DNA of 52,554 nt, counting the filler, from Sphacelaria rigidula (lineage: Eukaryota), in the NCBI GenBank assembly GCA_964200075.2. It is 3 parts of 3 records of this genome, joined end to end, with 100 filler letters (N's around TTAATTAATTAA, not from the genome) between each part and the next. Parts side by side here need not be neighbours in the genome. Positions count along the whole stretch, not along the records: positions 35,109 to 52,554 come from CAXNAA020001080.1; 2 more parts are not named here. The stretch is one strand, 5' to 3'. Position numbers and translations under genes: made by a program. The notes beneath the pieces are model-generated. The model saw only the letters and a program-made list of their open reading frames with translations, did no database searches and was not told the DNA's origin. Of this stretch, positions 36,859-47,583 are shown one piece after another (the first letter of the stretch is position 1; each line of letters starts with the position of its first letter).

Positions 36859-38614
36859 TTATCGCACCACCCTTATCCACCACGCCAGGCCGCGATCCGT
36901 AATGGACCACGCAGTTTCCTTACTTGGTATTTTCTGTCTCCGATGGTGTACTTGCCATGCAGTAGCTGACGTTTTTCTCCTTTTTTTTTGTTCGTTTTTT
37001 CGAGCCTTACATGAGTTTTGGTGTATCTGGGTTTTTGCTGACGTACGTGTAGAACCCCTACCTTCGGGCTGCGTTGTTTCCTGTTCATGGGTATTGCTTA
37101 ATTTTTCGTGTTTTCTATATTTTCGTGCCATGGCGTTGTGACCACGGACGTCAAATTTCTAGGAAAAGCCTCATGCGAGAAGCAACAACAGAACACGAAA
37201 AATGCTGTTGGGTGTTGTAGAACATCGTGCAACGCGGTGCTCAGCGCACACCTCGACTTTATTGATTTACGTGTTCGATTGATCGATTGTCGCTTATTTA
37301 CTGATCCGTTTCGAGTCCAACCGTTGCCACAAAAGACAGACGTACGCACGAAACCAGTCAAATCGACGAAAAATCTCCCGCTGGAGAAAACCTCCAGAAA
37401 AGTGTGATACACGAAGAGAGAAGAAAAGGAGGAAGTTGGAGAAAACAAAACATGAACAAAAAAACGCAACGTTGAAGATACGTAGTAGTATCGGTCTCGA
37501 AAAAAACCCTGATAAGTCTCTGCCAGGGAACTCTCACGATATGTGACAACTGCATATCGTGCGACACGGCTCACTAACTATACGTACAACAAGCCGAAAG
37601 AAAGCGCGGCATAGGGAGAACAGTATGCATCATTAACTTTGACACGCTCCGTGCATCACTCTCAAGAGAGGAAACATACGCCCATATATCATGTCGCGGT
37701 CAGTTGATGAAACGAAAAATCAGAAGAGATTGAATTTAGGCTCAAGCAAGCAGACTCAAACCCTCTTGCCCTCCCTCCCTCTCTCCCCTCTTGCCCCCTG
37801 CTTACATCAGCCGAGAAAAGACAAAAAACAAAACTGTGAAACACGCCCTGTCTTTTCTTACGGTTCCGCTTCCAAGAACAGCTGCGCATGCCATTCATTG
37901 CGGCGTGTTTAAAACACATTATTTGCGACCTTCGCATGCCGCGCGCTTAATCTGCATGACTTATGACTCGTTAGTGTATTTTTCAATAAACGGACGTAAG
38001 CCTTGCTTAATTTTTTTTCGATGTCCTGATCTTCCCTTCTCTGCTCTTTCCCCCCTTCCCCCTTTCCCTCTAGTCTGTCTCTTTTCAGGGTTTTTTTTGG
38101 TAGATTGTTTTGCTTCTCGGCTCCGCTCAAGACGCATAAAATTACTTTACACATAGAAGACTACCCTGACGGATTAAAATATAACCTACTCTCTCCCTTA
38201 TACTGTGCAATTTTCACGGTATACAGCACCTGGAGAGCAAACAGCGCCCCCTTCTTTCTCTCTCCCGCAAATGAAAAATAGAGGTTCTAGGTTACAGACA
38301 AGCTAGTCAAACCATCCAAGATTCGCCAAATAAAAAGCAGGCACGCCCTGGCGAGGCTTTGGCAATAGTCATGTGTTGCTTCCAATAGAGCACTCGCTCC
38401 CTCGCCACCCAAAAGGCGGGTGATGCCCTCGATATTTCGCACAACAACCCAAAAACGACACTTACACATACACCCACCTCTGCTTATCATACAAGTGACT
38501 TCGTTTCCCTACAACGGCATTCTTGGGAAATCACAGAAAGCTGCATGGATAGTCGGCGACAGGGTACCGTACCCGACCGGCAGTAGCCTGCATTTCCGGG
38601 GTAATTCGCGGTAG

Positions 38615-39086
38615 CAAGCACCCCACGGTGGGCGCCTGGAGTATGCACACGCGAAATTGTCCACATCCGTACTCGACCGGGTATTTGCAGGAGCAAGTAC
38701 CCGAGGGCGGGTGAGATGCACACGCGAACATACCATATCCATACTTTACCGGGGATTATGGTATATATGCAGTAACACATAACACAACAAATACCCCAGG
38801 GTGGAGGTCCCTCGAGTATGCACAACCCCATACCCGTATCCGTACTCTACAGGATATTCATTGTGACGAGTACACCACGGTGAGTGCCTGGAGTATGCAC
38901 ACGCGACAATACCATATCGGTACTTCACCGGGTATTAACAAGTACCCCAGGGTTGGTGTTTGGAGTATGCAGATCCGGGAATACCCGCATCGGTTCTCTA
39001 CTGGGAATTGGGTATGTGCAGCAACAAGTACCCGAGGGTGGGTTCTTGGAGTGTGCAGACCCCCGAAATACCCACATTTGTACTCC
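38615..39086. repeat. Degenerate ~80-bp tandem repeat (~6 copies)
   Basis: CAAGTACCC.AGGGTGG...TGGAGTATGCA.AC....ATACC..ATC.GTACT recurs at about 38617, 38694, 38788, 38868, 38939 and 39024. Confidence 0.75.
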
Positions 39087-40665
39087 AAGAGCCTAATCAC
39101 CTCCCACAAGTGCCTTCCATAAAAGTCATCCACACAAACGACAAAAACAGCTCAATCCAGTTGAAAGCTGAAAGAGCCCTTCTTTTCAAGTGGGACAAAA
39201 ACTCGGATACGGAACAGTGTACTCAGCTGCTTGGTTGGTTCAACTTCACGTCCAACCTTCTCGATGGCCGTCTTTGCTTCATTAGCCCGCACGAAGAGAT
39301 GAACCCACATCCGATCGTGGTCAGAACGCCGCCCTTCGACATTTGGTTTCGAGTAAAACGGTCCTGTACATGCTACTCCCGCGTCCCTACCTCCGGCTCC
39401 CTTAGTGATCCGAACCCCGTCCCAAACATTTAACCAAGCGGTCAAAGTGCGGAGAGCATGTTCCTCACGTTCCTCACGTTCGTAGGGCACCGCAACCTCG
39501 GTCCCGCCACACAATTCCACGGAAGGTTTCTCCCAATGCCAAGCAGCTTGCTAGCTCACCTGGTCCCCACGACAGCTAATAATCCCCATGGCAAGTGACC
39601 TAGGTTGCTGCACGCCACATTACATCTACGAGCTTAGACCGACCTGACAACCGGAGTATGGACACGGCCTTCAAGACCGCCAGTCTTCCTTGGAAGCGCA
39701 GTGCTCTCGACAACTCGACGTTTCTTTCCCGACCCTCGACATGACTTTTGCTGCCACCTCTCAACCGTTCAACGCACAAAAAATAACGAACATCTCACGG
39801 GGAATTCTCAAGTTATCGCGCAGCGTAACGAGAAGGGGAATAACTGGGCAGGTGAATAGATTAGCAACCTTAACAAGCATCACCGCGACAACAAGTGCTC
39901 GACACCGGCCTACATGTACACAACAGTATTCCGTATACGCATATGGCTACCCGACTGTGAGAATGTCTTGTGCTTGTCTCAGCGACACAGTCGGCGACAT
40001 TCAACGGTCATGGTGAGGCAAGACGCGAAAGATATGGTTGTGCTTTCTTGTTCTTGTGGGTGATCGTAAAAAAATCCACAACTGAAGCAAACGGCAAAAA
40101 GCAGCAGAAGCAACAACAACATCCAAGACCAGAGCTTGTAATGAAAAACATATCGTGTATACATGCTGCAACAAATAAACTGCTTCCTGTTCTCCTCATG
40201 CTGAGAGCGACAGCAAGGGAGAAAATGACGTGGAAAAAAAAAAAGGGAGCTAAAAAACGGGACATTTAATCTTCGCCGACATAAGAAAACACTGAACCGA
40301 ACTGAAGATCGCTAAATCGTGCATACTCCTTCACCGGTTGCAAAATCGCAATAAAAACACCACAACTTCTCTGCGCCCACTATAAAACAAAACATGCAAA
40401 GATTCTACTAGCTCATACATACAAATGTCATAGTAAGAAATTACCCACCACACCATCCTCCCCTCCCCTCTCCCCTGCCCCCCTTACCCCGGCGAACTCC
40501 CTGATCAGATCGGATCAATCGAAATATATAATCGAATCCGAATAAGAATCGAGTGGAATCGAATCGATTCGAATCGATTCGAACTAAAGTCAATCAAAAT
40601 CCGGTCAAAGCCCCACCATATCATGTGTGCCTACGTGGTGTTCGCCTTCCCCCTTGACAAAAAAA

Positions 40666-40902
40666 TCACGTGGACACGACGGCATTCAGCAACCTCTCGA
40701 TGAGCTCTGCCTTTTTCCCGCTCGACGACACCCCGACACCCTTGCATCGCTCCCTCAAGTCCTTCACAGTGAACGTGCTGAGCTTTGCCGCCGACAAATC
40801 TCCATCCCCCGTGGCTACCGCGGGCGCTGCTTCCGTAGGCGCTCGCTCGGGCCTACTCGGCTTCTTGGATTTCTTCGCGTCGGACTCGCTTGCGCGCGCA
40901 GC
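40666..40902 (-). CDS. Terminal exon encoding a SAP DNA-binding domain
   Basis: LSTFTVKDLRERCKGVGVSSSGKKAELIERL matches the SAP consensus (L..ltV.eLr..l...Gl...G.K.eLi.RL). CCCAG acceptor at 40904-40903 and stop at 40668-40666. Upstream exons were not identified. Confidence 0.7.
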   Translation of the reverse strand, partial: AARASESDAKKSKKPSRPERAPTEAAPAVATGDGDLSAAKLSTFTVKDLRERCKGVGVSSSGKKAELIERLLNAVVST

Positions 40903-41419
40903 CTGGGTCATTCAACGGTTATGTGTGTGTGTGTACGTATGTGTTGGGTGGCGGGGTGGCGGGGTGGCGGGGTGGCGGGGGGTGGGGGCGCGCAGCCAAG
41001 GTCATTCAACGGCCATGTGTGTGTGTACGTATGTGTTGGGTGGCGGGGGATGAGGGGATACAGTACTTAGACATGGAGCACTGGAGGGAACAAGGCCTTC
41101 GATATCAATACACATAGTAACTACTACTCTTCTTTTTTCATAGATGGTATACGATGGAACATGACAGCTTCCGAGATAACTATTAATGAGCAACTAGCCA
41201 ACACATGACATTTTGAGTATATTCCGAGTGTCAGCGGTGTGATTTATGTTCATGCGAAAAATAACCTCAGATTCCCGGATAATGATTGCATTAGACAGAG
41301 TTTGCACTAGGAGCGGATGCGGAGGGGTATAAGGGTGCAAAGTTACACTTCTTTGCACACAAGAAAGGGATAAAACCGTGATTCGTCCCATATTCAACTT
41401 TTGAAAAACTCAAATAATC

Positions 41420-43000
41420 AATTATCGATCATACGATTTGTGCACAAATTGTGATCGTACATGTTTTGGGCTCATGATTCGTGCGACACTACATGGCACG
41501 TACATATTACCACGTGTCGTTCATGCGTCGAAGGTACATTTTTCCCATCTGTGATTGGTCTGGCTTGATCCATGGGCACACTGTCTTACACATCGAACAG
41601 ATCGTCTCCATGCAGCTCGAGCAAGATTTTTTTAGCGTAGCTCCCTGCTGACTTACGAGAGGGACAAGAGCTGTGCCTGTTTGGTCAGGGTGAGCTACCG
41701 GACGTCGCACCCTCGCTCATCTTTACCCTGGGTGACCTATCGCACGTACAGTAGCTCATCCGTACATATATTCCCGGGGTGAGCTACAGAACGTGAGAGA
41801 GCTAAGCATGACTTGGTAGGTATGAGCGCCACGCGAGAGGGGCTGTTTCTGTTCTAATGCTCACGCACGTCGTTGCATGAGAACGATCACATAGCTGCGC
41901 TCTGTGTTCTGCGTCGGTGGATGATTTCCAACATTCGTGGCCCACGTGAAATATAGGTGGAACTACGAAACAATGTACTCCGGTCAGCAGTTGCGGGGTC
42001 ACCATAACCCACCATTTCCTTTGGATCGCCAGTCTGCAGACCACTGTACTGCTGTGTGCAGAAAGCACAGGCAGTACAGGCAGGAGTACTGTATTGTCTG
42101 TACGTTGATCAAAATATTTATTAGTACGGCCGCTGTACTAAGGTGCTGCGCGCAAACTCGCATCGACGTAATCCTCCTGTGTGCAGACCGTGCAGCACCG
42201 CACAGTGTGCGCCGCACGTCGAACGGTACATTGCTGCACACATCACGCGGGACTGCCAGTCGAAGGACTGTACCAAAGCGAGGCCCGGGACCCAAAGGGC
42301 TGACGCGATTGCACACGTGGGACAGATCAGCTCCCTGTAGCTCGAGCTAGCACTTTTTGAGCGTAGCTCCCTACTGAGCTATGAGCACTAAATGAATTAC
42401 GCGTGTTTGCCCTCAGTGAGCTAGCGGACGTAGCTCATCCGCGCATGTTCGCCGCGGGTGAGCTATCGGTCGTAGGTCATTAGCACATGTTTGACCACAG
42501 GTGAGCTACATACAGCGGATGAGCTAGCTCATGAGCGTTCAATGTTCGAATGTTTCCTACCTGTCATTCATGCGGCATAAATCATTAGTACATGTTTCCC
42601 ACCTTCCGCTCATGCGGCATGAACCAAGCGTACATGTTTCGTACCTGTGATTCGTGCAGCATAAAATCAAGGGTTCATGTTTCCCACCCATCATCCACAA
42701 CATGAATCGAATGCATAAATCCCCGCCCACCATTCCATGCGGCAGGGCCATTTTGGACAAAGTTCGCAGACGTCCTGCATGAGGCGCGAGTCTTCGTTGA
42801 ATTTTTCGCGGTCGTCACTCAGTAGACCCGAGTAGCTCGTGTACTTCTCGAAGCCGTCATTCATGAGGCGCAACTTTCCGGTACATATCCCGGACCCGTC
42901 ATTGCTGAGACGCGTCTCTTTAGCCCATTCTGCGTACCCGCAATTTGTGTGGCACAAATCTCGCACAGTGTGACGAGCCTCGCCTAACAAGCTTTTCGCC
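41420..43000. repeat. Degenerate ~40-42-bp repeat complex with an internal ~210-bp direct repeat
   Basis: (CA)TGTTTC recurs at about 42549, 42591, 42633 and 42676. TAGCTC/GAGCTA-rich blocks 41597-41810 and 42322-42534 are diverged direct copies (ACAGATC..CTCC.TG.AGCTCGAGC...AGCGTAGCTCCCT.CTGA). Confidence 0.65.
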
Positions 43001-43067
43001 AGGTTCATTGCCCAGCATTTGATTGCGAGTGAGTTGCATTATTCTCTTCAACTTGACATTTTGAAAT

Positions 43068-43100
<33 letters not shown>

Positions 43101-45730
43101 TATATATTGCCTGTAATAATGCCATGTGCGTACAGCTACATGTCGATATATTGCTGTTGTTGAAATACCTCCACCCCGTGTACACGTACAGTTACTTGTT
43201 GAGTAAATCTCAAACCTCTTGTCAAGAGAATGAAACGCACGATTCAATACAAGTGTATACATATTATATATATATATATATACATTGCCTTCGGGAGGTC
43301 GACTACTCCACTCCTCGGCATGATGAACGCCCATGTTGTGCAAAAGTTCGAGATACTAGGGGCATTCAGTGGCCGAGGCAACCACTCGATGTTCTTCAAA
43401 TTTTATCTGCGTGGCCCCTTGGGACGCCAGTTGGGTCATCCGGGTCTTGCAATCATTCTTCGAGTGAAAAATAATGCCGGTTCATGTTGAGCTTGAAATG
43501 TTGATGTTGAAGTCGACAAAAAAAATGGGAATGAAATATGGGAGCAGAGGTGATACGGCAGCGCATTCAAAGCACCCCCCCGCCTTCCAGCATCACCCGT
43601 CCATCATCGCAACAAAACGCGACAGCATGAACACTGGGCAGTACAGCTACTGGTATCGCCGCCGCAGTATCAACAGCTCCACCCCATCAAGCATCTTCCG
43701 ACGACTTATCTCCGGGGATAAGAGACAGATATGACAGCGATGACGAAGATGACGAAGGTGATCCGGGTCATGAGAACAAGGCAGTGGTAAATACAGCATC
43801 TGTTTTTCTTGTTTATGCTGTGTCATTCGTCGTACCGTTTACTGCGAGTAGTGTCTGGTGAGGAATGACGGCATTCGATACTCTCTCATTGGTGCAGTGT
43901 GATTTCCTTATTTTTGTTGCTGCTGATGCTGCGTTATCGTTTTGTTGTTTGCTGTGAGGGGGGAATGGGTGAAAAAAACATGCAGCTCTCACTTTGGTAC
44001 TGTTGTGTACATGACAAGGCCAAAGAATATACAGAGTAGGTAGTTGCAATATATATATATATATATTCCGCCGATAGTCGTATGGTTTGAATGCAGCACG
44101 TGAAGCAACATTGAAGCGCGGTTTCGGGGCTTCTGCACGTTATGAAGTGCCCTTTGCGCGCACCAATCACCAGTTCAAAGATCCAAACACTCGAATGATT
44201 CACGTTTCCGTTTATTTTACTTTTAGCCGTGTAGAACTGTAGGGAATTCCCAGGACCTTTACGATTTGTTCTTCAAGTTATATGAGCAAACCAGTGCCCG
44301 AAAACCGCATAACCGTCTTGTTCAGCGCATCCTTGCAAACTAAACGCTGCGAAACGATATATGTAATTTTTGTCTTCACTACTGAAAAACCGCCCGCTGT
44401 TGCGATCCGTTGACATTCAATCTCGCATTCCACGCTTCGCTTTCAATATCTCGAAGCAACGGTAGCTCGGGATGGGATGTGGTGGACCCCGTCCCCCTCT
44501 CGATCATTTTCTAATGTGCTCCAACGGGTTGTCGGGGCAGTTTGCCTCAGGACCCATCACCCGAAATGCTCCAAACCGGCAAAATCGGCCGAAGAGCGAG
44601 GGCGGGAGCTACGCAAGGCACTGTTTATTATATTTCTGTTATACCAGGTCATTATGCAGAGAGAACAATGCGTGGATGCTGCCTGTGCTGAAAAAAATCT
44701 ACATTTGACTTTTGTAAAGCCCTCTGGGAAACATGCTTGGACGGAAAATAGCATGTGCATCTATTGCTAGCATTGATGCCCGCTGACGGTGGACGGGCGC
44801 TGAACAGTTCACAGCACTTCTCGCTATCCATGCAGTGCGACGCCTTTTGCTTCTCATCGGGGTTATTGCAGTCTCGGTCGTACAAGACATCTGCGTCATC
44901 TTTGATGGATCGGTTCCTGCTCTTGGGGGGGGGGGGGGGGGGGGGGGTGGGGCCAAATGCGTTTTGGAGGGGGGGTCCGGCTCGCCCATGGGGCGCCCCT
45001 GCGCTTCCTGGGNNNNNNNNNNTGTTTCGCTGTTTGCCGCTCCCCGCGCACAACCTGTCGTGGTTTGTTGTTTGGGTGCGCGCTGCGGGGGGGGGGGGGG
45101 GGGGGGGGGGGGGGGCGCTTGTGCCCATCTCGTTCTGGAAGGGGTGTTCGTCTCTCCCATGGCGCGCTCCATCGCTTCCTGAGCGGACTATGATGGAGAA
45201 GGCGTCGGCAGCGGGAACCAGCAGGACCCAATGGTTCTCCTGGGTCCCGCTGCCGACGCCTCCCTTATCTCCATTAACCCAGGAAGCGATAGGCGCCCGT
45301 GTTTGAAGGTGCTCACGTCAAAATGAGGAAGGCGTTTCCCAAGCATGCTGAGCTGCGCGCTTGCCGAGGTGAGGGAACGGTGGAGTTTGTTCGAAGCGCC
45401 GAGAACATTGTGCACGCTGAATTGGCGGATGAAAACCCGAAAACGGTAGAGGGAGACCAATCTGCATTGTGGCACCATCGGGTATTCACGACCGTAACTT
45501 TTTTTTTTGTGTTTGCAGCTTTTACCGATGAGTAGACTGTAACGGACGGCGTGACGATCAATCGCACCAAAATGGGTTAAAGGTTCATTTCTGGTGTAAG
45601 AGAGTGCAGCAAGTGTAAGTGATGTAGACCACCGCCATGGAGGGCCAAATAGGGACACAAATGAATACATTGCTGCAGTCAACACCACGCAAATGTGCGC
45701 ATGCACATTCAAACGCCCACAGTATATCAT

Positions 45731-46279
45731 ATCACTGCAAACACGGACCCCACCGCCACGGTGCTCATCTCGGAGCTCGAAGACTCACTCAGGTGCTGAA
45801 CCACCTTGTTCACCGCGTCGATGCACTGTCGGGTTTTAGCGCTTCTGGGGATGCCCTCTAAGCATTAGTTCCAAACGCTCGACAACAAAGTGAACGGTCG
45901 CGGCAAACATTCAAACATACCGCACCTCGTTTGGAGCACGCGCACATGTAAATGGTGACGACCGCAGCAGTGCATTCATTCATGCCACTATTGAAAAAAG
46001 ATATGCAAAACTAAATACACTGCTTCGGTCGACACCATGCATACGTGCGCATGCTCCAAACGAGTTGCGGTATTTTTTTCATGTTCGCCACGACCGTTCG
46101 CTTCGTTGCCGGGCGTTTAGAACTCACGGTTAAAAATATCATAACCCTTCAAGGGCATCCTCCCGAAGCGTTAAGACCGGACACGCCATCGATGCAGTAT
46201 AAACGGTGGCCGAACATCTGAACACGTCTTTCAACTCCGAGATGGGCACTGTGGCGGTCGTGTTCATGTTTGCAGTGAT
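45731..46279. mobile_element. Foldback element / long inverted repeat (~240-bp arms)
   Basis: ATCACTGCAAAC pairs with GTTTGCAGTGAT, ATCTCGGAG with CTCCGAGAT, CTCGTTTGGAGCA with TGCTCCAAACGAG, and GCAGTG with CACTGC around a ~45-nt loop. Arm differences are mostly transitions. Confidence 0.8.
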
Positions 46280-47583
46280 ACAATGCACGCGTTGAAGACG
46301 CATTGAGAGTGTGATTTTTCGTAGCCGTTAGTCTTCAACGAATTTCTTACAAGTGATGCAACACGTCTCTTACAATGATAGAGCTGCTGCTCTACTGCTG
46401 TATCTTCCGTTGATATGTGACTATTTCAGGAGTTTTGAACTCGGCACAATATTTTATTGTTTCGTTGAAATTAATATTTTGACCACACGAATTGCTGGCA
46501 ATTATTGTGCGTCGTCATGCTTTGCACGTTGAACATTATCTTTATTAGGTCCGTTACAACAGTCGTGATCTACCAGGTTTGCTGTTGCCACGGTCGAGTG
46601 TCGGTGTTTGAACGAGCCGGGGCTGACAGCGATCAAATACTCCGGCCAGAAATGCGGCGCATGACGAAAGTAAAATAACCTCCTCACGATTACCCCGCTC
46701 AAATTACAAAAAGGTGAAGTTCGAAGACGTCCAAACGACACTCTGCGGTAACACCGACAACCAATCAAAAAAGTTTCGTAAAACGCTTCTTTGTCACATC
46801 AGGGTGCAAATATCTCAGGATAAGAGCGTAGAATAAAGAAAAACATCGCATCCAAAAGAGTTAACCCTTTTGGAACCCTCCTCTCCTGTCCCCGGGCCAA
46901 ACGCCTCATTGTGAAAAGCCCCGACAAAGATGAAAAGATGGAAGCAGAAAAAGCCGACAGCAACCATTTTATAATGGAAGACCGAAGAAGAATCCAGTCG
47001 CACGCCCGGCGGGTGCAGGAAAAATGTCCTCCCTGGAGAGGTCGGATGAGATTTGTCCAAACATACCACGCAACGGATTAAGTGTTTCCGATTGTATCCA
47101 TCGACAAAAATCAGCAAAAAACACCATGAAATATTCCACTCAAGAAACAGCAATGGATTCCAGGACCTGATACGGCACATTGGTGACTACGAAGCCTTTT
47201 TTGTTCGACTTGTCACTCGCACGGATATGAAAAATACGCATTTGGTGAATGCTGTTCCGTCTGACCTGTAAACCACGAGCCACATCATGCTCAATAACCG
47301 TCAATTGCAAAGGATCAATCTTCCATTATGAGTTCCAAAAGGGTTCAGGGGATACCACATTTGACGGAGGGAAGAATAGTTTCGTTACACTCTGATCCTC
47401 AGATTTTTGCACCCTGACATAACAAAAAAGCGTTTTCCGAAACTCTCCAGTGCCGTGCCTCATCGGTGGATATCCACGTGTAACGTACTCCATCCGTGGT
47501 TTCGGGTAGGTTCGCGCTTGAGCACCTCCACACCAAGAATGAGCCAGTGGCATTCCCCCTGTCCGCCTCATGGGCCAGCATGG

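Noticed and set aside
40505-40583. (GAATC)n-like tract; also (GCGGT)n at 16648-16672 and several (TA)n/(GT)n runs
   Set aside because: Ordinary simple repeats.
44652-45306. Gly/Pro-rich ORFs
   Set aside because: They derive from poly-G runs around a 10-N gap (45013-45022), where sequence quality is low.
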